Below, one piece after another: positions 12,562 through 25,600 of a stretch of DNA of 64,000 nt. The notes under the pieces were generated by a model. It had not been told where the DNA came from and searched no databases. It was given only the letters and a program-made list of their open reading frames with translations. This stretch comes from Paragordius varius (lineage: Eukaryota > Animalia > Nematomorpha). Location: contig OZ176052.1 of NCBI GenBank assembly GCA_964247055.1, forward strand, positions 8,060,001 through 8,124,000. Reading direction: 5' to 3'. The position numbers were made by a program, and so were the translations under genes. The stretch's first letter is position 1. The number at the start of each line of letters is the position of its first letter.

Positions 12562-15500
12562 ATGAAGAAAAAGCAAAATTCAAAGTTAAAAGGTTGTCCA
12601 CCATCAGAGTATCAAAAAAATTTAACAGGTAAAATTTTATTTAAAATATGAAATGCTTCAACAATGTGATTACTTTAAATCGGTACTTTATACCAAGAAG
12701 GTTGTCACAAGTTATTTATTATATATATTTTTTTAACAACAAAAAACTAATTATATTAGCAAATGGATCAAATAGGATGGTCATTCTTGCATTTTATCAG
12801 TGCAACGAACTATTTATATTTAATCAGAATAACATTTATGCATCAACAAACAATATATTAGATAAAATTTTATTCAGATAAATTAGAGTGTAACCTAGGG
12901 TACAAGAAGTCTCAAAAGAGCGAAAACTACATTTAATTAGTTTTTTGCTTATGAAAATTCCAATAACCTTTATATATATATATATATATATATATCGGCC
13001 ATTTTGGCAATATCAACTTCGTCAAAAATAGATTTTAAAGATTTTTAAACTATCAAATAATGTGAAAAAAACATGAAACATACATAATATTAATATATTC
13101 CTAAATGTTATAGTATTTTTTTAAGTCACAACACCTTTAATTTTTTTCAAAATTTTCTCATCATTTCTGTCGTCTATCGTTCTTTTATAAAATATTAATA
13201 ATATATTTATGAATTACACCTAAATTTTAGGATTATATTACATTAGTAAATTTTAGACTCTAAAGCAAGTGGGTACAACCTGGGGCATTAAAAAATTAGG
13301 GATTTGAATAATAATATCTTAACATATTTATGCTATCAATATAAAACCATAACTTTTGGGGGAACAAATATGGGAACTGATATTAAGTTTAGATTTTAAC
13401 CTGAATATTATATTACGATTTCCTTTTAAAACCTAAAATATAATTTAACATTAGAGCCAATATCGTCAAAAAAACTTTTTTACATTCCCTGGTGAGAATA
13501 CTCTCTAACTACTAAACAAAAAAATATTTTAATTATCCTAATTGAACCTTGTTTTTATTTTTTAAAATTATTTTACCAATTAATAATATTGGTGCTTAAT
13601 TGATGACCGTTTTTCTATCTGAGCTATTATACATATAAAACCTTGTTTAATTTGGATTGATTTGGCGTATTTAACTAGTATAATGTTGATTCTTTTAATA
13701 TAGGTCAAAAATACGCCAATTGTGAATTTAGATTACATAGTTTAGTCATATATTAATACTTTTATTGTCGATTGATTAGATCTTATAAGATTTGTTTTTT
13801 GAATGTAATATTTACATTTTTATTACAATAAAATTAAAACATAAATTATCTAAAATGATTATATCCCTGTATCTAATATGGAAGTCACTTTATTGCGAGT
13901 TTTTTTTTATAAAAAACGGGAAACGGATTGCATCCGGTCCGTTTTGAAACAAATGTTCAGAGAGAATTATTGAAGCATAAAAAGAAATAAACTGTAGGAA
14001 AAGAAAATAGATAGATCTTTACCCTGTCACTGTTTCAAATTCAATATTGAAACAAAAGATTGTAAAAAATAAGTGATTATTAACAAATATCATATATAAC
14101 TGTATAAATGTAGTAAATTCATGATTTTACATGTTTGCTTATGAAATAATATTGGGTGAAAAAGGTGTAAAATGTTTGTAGCTATCAGATAAGAATTATA
14201 TTGGGCAGAGTCAGTAATCAATTTATACACAGATATGTAATTTTTAATAGTGTTGAAGATTATTTATATATTAAAAACCGTGCAAAGTGTTGGCTTTAAC
14301 ACTTGGATACAACACACTCAGTTTAGTCCTTCGATTCAAATTGGGGTAGTTGGATACCCCAGGCCTGTTTTAAATCAAATACTTTAAAGAGTATAGAAGC
14401 AATCGCAACCATGGCAAAATTTTGCACTTATATAACATTAATAAACCGAAATATATAAAAAATTTTATTCAAAAATACTTGATATTACTTATTTTGAGCT
14501 AAAACTGAAAGGTAAAAATTTAGTCAACGTGACATGTGTCAAATTGTTAAATTAAAAAATAATACAAAATAAACCGCTTTTTCCATTTCTATCAATGTTA
14601 GATGTGATTTATATAGAAAATAAGCTTTAGTTTTACCCTTAAAATTGAATGAAGACGATATTTTGCAAAATTTTTGTAAAATAAAAATGGCGTCGAAGTA
14701 GTTTGAGATGGAACTTTTTTTTCAAAACAAAATTTTATCAAAATATTTTGGCATATTTATATAATCTTTATCAGGATAGAAGCATAAATTTAAATTGGGA
14801 CCGTTTCCTGCAGTAGTTTTTTAAAAATTTTAATTTAAATTTAGTCTGGGGTATTTATACCCCAATTTGAATCGAAGTGTTAAAACAACTTGCCAAAACA
14901 TGTAGGCCGATAAAAGTTTTATTATAATCATTCATGTATTCATCGATTTTTTTTTTATTTTTTCAAATTAAACAATCACCAGGATAAAAGTTAAAAATTA
15001 AGGCCAGCGCCATATAAGAGAAATAAAAGCAAAAACTCAAAAATAAATACCGCTGTTTTCAGAATATCGGCTCTAATTTTTTAAATGAAATCCGAAATGC
15101 TCAGAGTGATTACCATATGTTTGTATAAATGTAACATATTAAAACATTTGAGATAAAATTGAATAAAACAGTAATTTTTTTGATGTTTTGGTAAATTCTA
15201 TTATGTTATTATTTAATAAATCCGGTTAGGATTTTAAAAATTAATTTAGATAAGGAAAAAATTTGTATATTTTCGAATTTTATTAAATGTAGTTTTTAAT
15301 TATAAAAATTTCATTTTAGGTCTACAGATATACTTCATAATATTAAATGAACCGGATCAATATATGCTTTTATGTTAATTCATTATAAATTTTACTTTGT
15401 GTAGTAAATTGTTTCACAGATTATAATTTTAAAAAAATAAATTAAGGGGGTACAAGCTTTGGAAATTTAAAATAGATTTGAGAAAATCTAAAATATGCAC

Positions 15501-18500
15501 TTTATTTTGACTTAATTTTATAATCTATCTTTTTAGATGATTCTAACGTTAATTCGCCAAAGAAAAATGGGGCTTTAAAAAAACTAAGTAAATTGGGCCA
15601 TTTCCTTCAACTGTCATAATATTTTAATGTTTCATATTTTAATACAAACATGGTAATATTTTGAGCGTTTTGTATTTTGAGGTATTAAATCGACACAAAT
15701 GGATGCTTAATTGAGCACCTCTATTTTTCCTACCATTTTCAGTTTATTATTAGTTATCATTTCAATATTCAGTCAGAAATATTTATGTCATTAAATTTTG
15801 GAGTTCTCTTTTATATATATTTTTGAACTCTTAAATTTTTAAATTTACAAAATATAAAGTTTTGATCCATGCTCTGCATTTGAAAATAATTATTTTTCAA
15901 TATATTATATATGTATGGTTGTTAAGGATTGTATTGTAATGCAACATGGGACAGTTTTCATTGCTGGCCAACAACGCCTGCTGGTACAACAGTGTATAAA
16001 CCATGCCCTGTTACTGATTTCACTCATAAAGGTAAAATATAAATTTTGTTTTTATCATAATATCGAATAATTTATCATCAAATCAAATCCAACCAATAAA
16101 ATGAATTATTTTTATGGTTCAGTCTAAGGTATTTTATAAAGAGTCCTTGACTTGGGAAAAAACCATACTATACCATTTACAATTCAAATTCACCCTTACT
16201 TCTATTTTTAAATATATTTGATAAATAAAATTTTGTTTTAAATTAAAATAATACTGAAAATAATAATCTATTCTATGCCATAAAGATATGTTTCATATTA
16301 ATAATGAGTTTTATTAGTTCGAAAACACATAATCTATTTTTAGGGTGAATTTGAATTGTTCAAGGGTGAATTTGAACTGTAAATGGTATATATGAGCGAA
16401 AATGTTATACCTCGGTCAAAAAATCCGTCAATAAGCTTCTTTATACAACTGGGTTGATTATATATAATGAACATCCTTTATTTTTTACTGATCGAAAATT
16501 CAGCATATCCGTACTTTACCATTATAATATATTTTGATTTAATCGATATATTTTAATCATTCGTTTGTAATAAATCTATATATTTATAAAAATGGAAAAT
16601 GCTGGCTTTGTGATCTGGTACAGGAAAACCGGTAGACCCAATCAAATCCAAATACCGAAAAAATATAATCATTAATGAATGCCCCGACAATAGCTTCGCC
16701 CTTTTTTTGAAATAGGCCCCCAGTTCGGGCCCACCCCGTATGAAAAACGGGTTTTTTTTGAAAACAGAAGTCCACAAAAATCGTGTCTTTGAGACAATTT
16801 TCCGGAGAACGTGTTGGACCATTCAATTTCAAATATGATTTTTGTTTACTTATTTTCGATTGCGCCGAACATAGCCGAGCCACTTTTTTGATTTAGGCCC
16901 TCTTTTTACCCGCTCCCCCCGTAAAATGCCACCTTTTTCAAAAAACAAAGTCCACAAAAATAATTTTTTAAATCGATTTTTCGCCCTAGGTATGAGACCG
17001 TAAAAATTCAATAAAGATTCCACGTATTCCCTGTTAAAAGGCAAAAATTTTAGTCTACCGTTTATTTGATGATAGCTGCTGGGTAAGGAGCTACCCGCTA
17101 AAAACTGATTTTTCATATAACTTTGTGATCTGTTTCCGGAAAACCGGTGTACCCAATCAAATCCAAACATCGAAAAAATTTAATCATTAATGAATGCCCC
17201 GACAATAGCTTCGCCCTTTTTTGGAATTAGGTCCCCAGTTTGGGCCCACCCCGTGTGAAAAATGGGTTAAGTCAATTTTTTGGAGAACGTGTTGGACCAT
17301 TCAATCTCAAATATGATTTTTGTTTACTTATTTTTGATCGCGCTGAACATGGTCGAGTCACTTTTTTGATTTAGGCCCTCTTTTTACCCGCTACCCCCGT
17401 AAAATGCCATTTTTTTCAAAAAAAACAAAGTCCACAAAAATATTTTTTTGATTGTATTTTTTTGTCCACGGTATGAGACCGTAAAAATTCAATAAAGATT
17501 CCACGTATTCCCTGTTAAAAGGCAAAAATTTTAGTCTACCGTTTCTTTGATGATAGATGCTGAGTAAGGAGTATCTATCATATGTATAGCATGTTAAAAG
17601 ATATATGGATATTAATACATTATTTATGGTAATCTATACATTTATAAAAATGGAAAATGCTGGCTTTGTGATCTGGTACAGGAAAACCGGTAGACCCATT
17701 CAAATCCAAACTTCGAACCCCCTCCCCCCCCCCCCCCCCCAGAAGTCCGAAGGACTTCCTCGGGCTGCGTAGCAGCACGAGATTCACGCTAGTAATTTAA
17801 TAAATGTAAATACAAGTTTTGATTATAGTATTTGAGCACAGATGTCAAAGTCTACTTATATGCTCCCTCCATCTCAAATAAGAGAACATAAGGGATCGAT
17901 GCTAGAACCAAATATATTAAAAACATATCAACTGGATATTGCAGGGCCTTTGTTGCAGTTTTTGCACATATCAAGAGTTTAAAAAAGGGTACATATCAAA
18001 AATAATTCGAAACCCGTTTTTTATTATCATCAAGTGGTTATTCCGGTTGTGTAATATAGTTGACCAATAGTAAACGGTTCTGGATTTTCAAGGATCGGTT
18101 TCTTCAAAGTCGCTTAATAATGGATGTGGAACTGGTGCTTTATAGTTTTTAGCAGGGCTTGGACGCGAGTCTAAATTTGGAACCGGTTCCAAAGTGGCTC
18201 TTAAAATTTTAACTGGTTCCGGTTCCGGTTTTTAACGTTTTTTTTCGGTTCTAGAACCGGTTATTCAAAAAGCGGAACCTGTTCCAAAAACGGCTCTTAA
18301 AATTTTAAAACTGTTCTTGGTTCTGTTCGCCCTGGTTTTATCATTAATAAAATGATGATGATATTATTAATATTAGATGCGAAAGCTTTTAGAATTTGTG
18401 AAGCTGATGGCAAATGGGCCAAAAATGGATGGACAAATTACTCAACCTGTTTGGGATGTTTGGATCCACAGTCCCCCTATTATGGGACATGTCAATCAAC

Positions 18501-21500
18501 CAAAGATTATGAGCAAGTAAACAATATTTTAACATTTTATTTTTACAACTCACTATTGGGTTTATTGATAAAATGGCAAAGGCTATATCTTTTCGTGATA
18601 TAAACCATTTTTAAACAACACTTGAAAAAAGATTTTCGAAATGTTGTTTTAAATCTGTGAATGAACAAAATTAGTTAATAAAGGCCTATAAGCAGTTATT
18701 CGATTATGCTTATACATAAAATTATTTTCAACGAGTATCAATGATTATCGCTAAAATACAATTTAAAATATATGTAATGGTGAAGTCTTTTTTAGAGCAT
18801 GTACTTCGGGGGTAATAAAATCGAAACCCTATTTGGAGCCTAAACCGTTTGGTTATTAGCAATCCTTTTACGAATCAAAAAACGGTAAATATGTTTTCCA
18901 GAACTGTTTTGGCGGTTCGAAACGGTGCAAATTTTTGTTTACCATTTTATGCAACATAATATTTAGAATTTCAGAGAAAAGGGACACACAATAAATATAT
19001 ATAGTTTATGGGTTTAGATTTGTGGAATCAGCTATACAACTATGCCATTTATTTTAAATTTTCTATTCAAATTCAATAGAGGCAAAAGAGGTAAAAGAGA
19101 AAAAGATAAATTTAAAATTTTGGGTTTTTTAGCAGGTGAGCTGTAATTAGTGGTGGTAAAAAGTTATAACCTCTAATTTTGACAAAGATGTTATATATTT
19201 ATATATCATTAATTATATTATTACATAAAATAGAGATTGTACATGACGAAAATTGTTGGGGAGATCACTTTTTATGGCAGCATCATATCATTAATCTTCC
19301 TATGTGCAGCACTATTCATCTTTGTCTATTTCAAGTATATTATTCTTAAAGATCAGGGGTACCCAACAAAAATGGCCACGAGGACCCCGTCTTAAATTCG
19401 CGGGCGTCATTTGAAAAATATATGGGCATTAATTAATATTTTATTACATTTTTAAACGGATTGTAAAAAAATGGAAAAAACAATATAATTACTATTAATT
19501 TGCCCAATTTTACCTAGTTCGTTGCCAATTTAAAAAACTTATTCATAACATTTGTCTGAGACATATGAACTAAATTTTATGCGCATACTTTTGATTATTT
19601 TCGAAATTTTTGCGGGTCGTACATAATATCTTGGAACGCCGAGAGTTGTATACCCTTGTTATAGACAGAGAGATAGTTTTTACGCTAATCTTGATATGCA
19701 AAGTATATATATTGTTCAACTTGAAATGCTAGGACTCTACGATGTGTCCGGATCTCAATCCACAAAAACTTGGTCGTGGCATTCATTCTTCGATCTCTTA
19801 TGACGATAGCTATAACAGAACCTGCCGTAGTTAAACGACAAGACTCCTACAGACAAATTGTAACATATTTGTTTGACTATTAATACGAATATTTGATAAT
19901 TTGAATTCATTCTAATTTAAATTATATGAGAATGTAATTAAAAGACAAATATTTTTTCCCAAAAGAAAGCCATACTTTTTTAAATCTGGATTTTTCAGAT
20001 ATAAACTAAAAAGTTCAATTTTAAAATATATATTGAGTAATATGCCAATTAACTCCGATTTCCTTTGCAACTAAAACGATGAGGTTATAATAAATCAACT
20101 ATTAAAAAATATGATTGTCTTTTGTCTTTTAATTTTTACTTTTGTCCGTATATTATTAATTGTATCTTTTATTAATCGTGATAGTATGGTTTAGATGTTG
20201 GTATTTTTATTAAGCGACTACTTTTGTTCAATTTTTTATCCAACACAATATGATGTCTATCAATTCGTTTACTCTAAATATTGAAGGCATTAATGATCAA
20301 AGAATTCAAAATATAAAAAATCAAGACATGTTTTATTTTATTTAATTATTATTATTATATTAATATAGGAGTGGTTGTGTAAATTAATAATTTCCGTCAA
20401 TATATATGGAACGTTAGCTAGTGTGGCATGGATGTTTAATGAGGGCCTCTATCTCCATAGTCGGCTTATTACTTCGGTCCTAACGATGGAGAATATACAT
20501 TTTAAACTATTTCACTTTGTAGGATGGAGTAATGCATGCATATTAATATTTTTCAAAAACATTAAATTACCTTATAATAAATATTAAATTATTTTTCAGG
20601 ATAAGTTTTTAATGTAAACCCAAAGTTATCTTGGGGAGTGTTTATTAATATAAAAGAGATATTGCATATAAATTATATAACTACCCAATATTTTATATTT
20701 TGCAGTCTAATTTTAAATTTTTGCATTCTTATATAATTTTATAGTTTTACCGCTCGTTTTTACTTCAATATGGGCTTATATAGTCAACACCCAAAATGAA
20801 GGAATCTGTTGGGAAAATTACAGTACATCCCCATATATCTGGATAGTTGGCGTCCCTATGATTATTGCTTTATCAGTATGACATTTTATTTTTCCATTTT
20901 GTTTTAATTATAATTTTTATTATTTTCTTTTGTTTTTAGTTAATCCATTGAAAAAGATACTACCATGTATCGAAAACTTTGGATATAGAATTTAATAAGC
21001 AATTATTATTTATCATAAAATATTCGTTCTCGTTGAAATATTTATATATTATCATGGTTATTCTTGCATAATATTAGGTAAATTTGGTGTTTCTGATTAA
21101 CATATTGCGTATCCTTGTGATCAAATTGCGAGCCTCCAATTTTGTTGAATCAACAAATATCAGGTACAGTTAATCTGTAAAATAATTAAAAAATAGATTG
21201 TATAGAAAATGTTAACTATATGACCCAAAAAATTAGTTTAGGTGAATTCCTATAGTTATAAAAAATTTAATTGATTATAATATCTAAATCATTATACAAA
21301 ATAAATGCTCGATAATAAAAACTATTCACGCTATATAAATATTGGATATGATTTTACCATTTGATTGTATATTCATTTGCTCATGATTACAGAAAAACAG
21401 TCAAAGCCACGCTAATTTTGTTTCCATTGCTTGGGCTCACAAATTTGCTATTCTTTTTTAACCCAAAGGATCAAAACATATGGGAAACGTTATATTTTTT

Positions 21501-22509
21501 GGTCAATGCCATCTTACAAAATTCTCAAGTAATAAGCCTATGAGCATAAATAACAAAATCAAATATTAGAACTAAAATCAGACCGTGCTTGAAACTGTTT
21601 TTGGGTTTCAATCATATAAACTGTTTCGGTTCCAATCCTTTGTTAAAAATTTATTTGTTAAATATCATTTTTTGTATTAGGGTATCTTTGTCTCCACCCT
21701 TTATTGCTTTCTTAATGGAGAGGTAGGTGATATCTACTTTGTAATATTATTTGTGATATGAAATTATATTTTAATTAAAAATGTAGGTGAGAAATCTAAT
21801 TTCAAAAAAATATACAAATTACCGACTTTCACAAATAAGCATAAAGTATCGAAGGAGCAGTCCTCAGGTCACCCATGATAATGCATTATCTCATTATTGC
21901 AACCATCATTCTCCCCATCATGTAGGAAATGGAATTGGGGCCGGAAATAGAAATTCATCCTCGTGTTTGCTTATACGAAATCAAAATAATCCAAACGGTG
22001 TAAAGAATGAAACGTCTGTTGCACATCAACATCATGTCTTTATTGATAATAAGGGCCTACCTCGTTGGCGGCTTGGTTTGCCCTTGAATCGAATTCAAAA
22101 AACTTTGTCAGAACCAAAAATGCCAAGCCACTCATCAGCAATCGTATCAAGTACAACACCAAACTATCCATCAAAATTGTCAACAGAATCAACCGAAATT
22201 CTTGGTCAAGAAACAGCAGTTTTAACTGAAAATAAAAATGACAAGAGTACATTCTATCAAGGCAATAAACTTCCATTAAACAAAAGAGAGAATATAATAC
22301 TGGCAACAAACAAGAACGGGTCCACAAATAATTATTTACAAGTACCTCAAACTATTGAGGGCGACAATCTTCCTCATAATCAAAAGCACAATAATAACAT
22401 TAATGGCCCATACAAAAGAATAACTTTAAAAATTGGTAATTTTAAAAAACGTTTTAATCGGAAGACATCGATGGAAAAATGTCATGAGTTAAATACTTTG
22501 GCCTCCTAA
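12562..22509 (+). CDS. Class B1 (secretin-family) peptide-hormone GPCR, ~605 aa model (CRF/DH44- or calcitonin/DH31-receptor-like; subfamily not resolvable by eye)
   Basis: Exons 12562(?)-12628, 15927-16031, 18377-18516, 19234-19334, 19733-19859, 20369-20528, 20745-20875, 21078-21163, 21393-21528, 21681-21722, 21787-22509; all GT-AG with matching phases. Hormone-receptor domain GLYCNATWDSFHCWPTTPAG..CP / RICEADGKW..WTNYSTC. TM motifs LRCVRISIHKNL, WMFNEGLYLH, KATLILFPLLG, QGIFVSTLYCFLNGEV. The signal peptide/first exon is not identified, so the 5' boundary is uncertain. Confidence 0.93.
14300..14879. mobile_element. piggyBac-like non-autonomous element with TTAA target-site duplication
   Basis: TTAA|CACTTGGATAC ... 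AATCGAAGTG|TTAA. The subterminal CTTCGATTCAAATTGGGG at about 14329 is the inverted copy of the right end. Related copies occur elsewhere in the window. Confidence 0.7.
16169..16390. mobile_element. Palindromic MITE with subterminal ~21-bp repeats
   Basis: TATACCATTTACAATTCAAATTCACCCTT / AAGGGTGAATTTGAACTGTAAATGGTATA inverted termini. Second copy at about 28785-29057. Confidence 0.7.
16575..17575 (+). mobile_element. Non-autonomous Helitron, 5' end plus internally duplicated body
   Basis: A|TCTATATATTTATAAAAATGGAAAATGCTGGC 5' end identical to the copies at 37952 and 42788. Internal units at about 16606-17121 and 17122-17575 are tandem copies. No 3' terminus of its own before the mini-element. 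Confidence 0.8.
17633..17792 (+). mobile_element. 160-bp mini-Helitron
   Basis: A|TCTATACATTTATAAAAATGG..., a C-rich tract, hairpins GAAGTCC-GAA-GGACTTC and GCTGC-GTA-GCAGC, then 12 nt, then CTAG|T. Confidence 0.85.
18153..18334. mobile_element. hAT-like MITE with AACCGGTT/GGTTCC subterminal repeats
   Basis: CAGGGCTTGGAC... / ...GTTCGCCCTG ends. Flanks GTTTTTAG / GTTTTATC match only 5/8. Confidence 0.45.
19354..19658. mobile_element. hAT-type MITE
   Basis: CAGGGGTACCCAAC / GTTGTATACCCTTG TIRs; flanks TTAAAGAT / TTATAGAC (6/8). Confidence 0.7.
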
Positions 22510-22628
22510 CAATCACGGTTTGTTGTAACTATTCGGTGATTGGTGTATCATAACAAATATGTGCAATATATTATAATATTATAATTATTATATAAAATTA
22601 AATTTATTATGTAATAAATATATTTTCA

Positions 22629-25600
22629 TCAGTATCCTTTTGATGAATATTCTTTATATTTTTCCACAGAATTCTTAAAGTTTGATTCTGTTTCTTTCGA
22701 TTGCTGCTCTAAAAACTTTTCTGGGTTTTGGAAATATTCATCTGTTCTGATGTGACTGTTGCAGATGTTCATTAAACCAAAAATTCCTAAAAAAATATAT
22801 TATAATATTTGTTCTTTCCAAACAATTTAAATTTGTTTTCCAGTGATTCGATTTATTTTGAAAATTGGCCATTTGTAAAAGAAAAGGGCAGTGATGTTTT
22901 TTAAAGGCTTTAAGGCAGGGAGATCCAACAATCGGTCCTCCCTATTTTATGCGGCCCGCAAAAAATTTGGATATGAATAATTTGCTAAATATACTCATAA
23001 AATCTTATTTAAATGGAGATTTCTTATGCAAATTTTTAGATAAATCTATCTAATTGGCAACGAACTGGAAAAAATTGTTAAATTGGGTATTCAAATGCGG
23101 CCCACTGGAATTTTCAAGTTAAAAATACGCCCGTAGAAACATTTGTGTTGGACACCCCTGCTTTAAGGTTTGGTCCTATTTAAAACAAATTTTCGAGATA
23201 ATGTGGTTATTAAATTATTACATTATATGCAGAAAATCCTACGACCATCAGATTAATAATTTGCCGATAGAGTATATTTTGTGTTGGCCAAGGCTATAGT
23301 CTAAACCAGGGATTTCCAATACAAATGGCTTCGTGGACCGCATTTTTGGAACAATAAAACCGACGGGCTGCATTCGCAAAATATATGGGCCTTAACAAAT
23401 ATTTTATTAGATTCCAAACATAAAACTGGAAAAACTACCCATTTTAACCATTTTCGCTACGCCACTCTCTAAATTCGGGAAGACTTATTCAGAAAATTTG
23501 TGTGAGAAAACATATTTAGATTCCGTAAAGTTTGTATTTAAAATTTTTCGCGGGCTGCAAAAATATTTTGAACGCCGGCCTGCTAGACACCACCTCTGGC
23601 TTAAACAATAGTATCGGTTAAAATCCTATGAAAAAGTATAAAAACCGTATCCGGAAAGGTTAAAGTAAAAACGGGCTATTATATTATAAAAATTGGAAAT
23701 ATATATTGTATGAAATTTTTTATAGAGCAACCAAAAATTTTACCCAAGTTTTCAGCTGCAGCTTTTAAACATTTAACATCCACCGTATTCATATTTATTA
23801 CTGTCGTATAAATGTAGCACAAAATGTGTCCCATAATTGTCGGTGAGATAAAGTTCAAATTTTCAGGCAAACTAATTTCAAATGCATTTGGGTTTTCTTG
23901 GAGAAACAGACGAAAAAAATCACTAAAACAATATAATTGTCTCTTGAATATTAATGCATGCTATAAATATATTAACAGTCGAATTACTAAGACCTCGTGG
24001 CAGAATTAAATCTTACGAATTGATAAATTTTTATTTATAACCTTTTGGGGATATTCCGAGAGATTTGAAAAAATAGATAAAAATCTACAAGCATAAAGTA
24101 TTATGAAATATGCATTCTATGGCCTTTAATTTCAAACTCTTCCCATTGGTTAGTTAATGACTAACTTTTTGAGTTTATTAAAAAAAAACACTGGGCCCTA
24201 ACGATTATAAAAATGACAGTTAATTTATATCTTTTATAAACATATTAATTTATTAATATTAAAATGAAATTTACAATTCGGTCAAAAAAATAAATCAAGT
24301 GTCGGGTAAATTTCTAGTTTTTTGAATAATTATTGAAATTAAAGTGGATGCAACTTTCTAAGACGGTACGTCCCTAAGTACGATACAAATTTCGATACTT
24401 TTTTATCCTACTATACAGTAGAATATTATGTAAAATTCAGCATTTATAAATTAAATTAATAAAATATATGTTAAAGTATAGGGAAAACACATTTAATTGC
24501 AACCATTTATTGTTTACGCCAGGGCTTCTTAAACTTTTGCAGTTCTCGACCCCATTTATGATTGCGAGTTTCTTAACGACCCCAACAAATATAAAAGAAA
24601 AATAATAGTTTCTTCGAAATAAAACTTAGAATGTTGATAATATTTATCAGGATTATTTCAGTTTTGAGAGATTGACAAAAATAAATCTACATTTATATAA
24701 ATTTCTATAACATTTTCTGATTCATAGTAAATTATACAAGATACTAGCTGGCCCTATCACACTTCGGTGTGGCGTAGTCTCACCGATAACTATTCTGAAT
24801 AATTTGCAATAATTAGATTTAATGGAAATATAAAATAATAATAAACATGTCTTTAATTATTTTTTTACGGGTTTTATAGGCTGAAATATTGTTTACTCTA
24901 AATTGACCATATTCAATCTGTCCCTTATTAATGTTAATATTCAACTATCATTGGATTTATTTTAAGATTTTCGTTTTACGAAATCATGGTTAAAAGTTCT
25001 AATTTGAAATTGTATTCATAAAGCTGAGATCAAGGGATATAAAAAGTAAATCATTTGTGGTCCCTTTTTGAAGGAAAGAATGATATTATACAAATTCCCC
25101 AGAAATGTGTTTAACTGAACTCGTATGGCTTCTTAAGTTTTTTGAAAATTAGCTCCAAAACTACGCCTATTTTGTATGGCGTCTCAGTTTTAAACCGGTA
25201 GACCCCTACCCATAGACCTATATGAAAAAAGCGCTGAGTTAGATTCTTTGCCTTTATAGTGCAAATATTCGGAATCATCTTTGATACTATCGTCTCATGG
25301 GTTATTCGAAAAAATACCTTAACGCTAAATAGTCGTTATATGATGGCGTTTTAGGGCATAAGGGCCCCAAATTAACGGCAAATAAAAGAACCCGACCTTA
25401 ATTTTTACCTAGATACGGGTAATATTGGATTTTAATGAGCTCATATGGCTTCATAAATTTACAGTAAATTAGCTCCAAACCAACGCAATTTCTATATAGT
25501 AGCACAGTTTTAGCGGCTATCTGTTTACTCAGCAGCCAATATTAAAAAACGTAAGACTAATTTTTTACCTTTAACCAGAGAATAACTCGAATCATCAGTG

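Noticed and set aside
16553-17170. Recurrent similar ORFs (16553, 16584, 16850, 25900, 37698, 37708, 42413, 42589) as a small gene family
   Set aside because: They are chance translations of Helitron copies, occur on both strands, and are broken differently in each copy.
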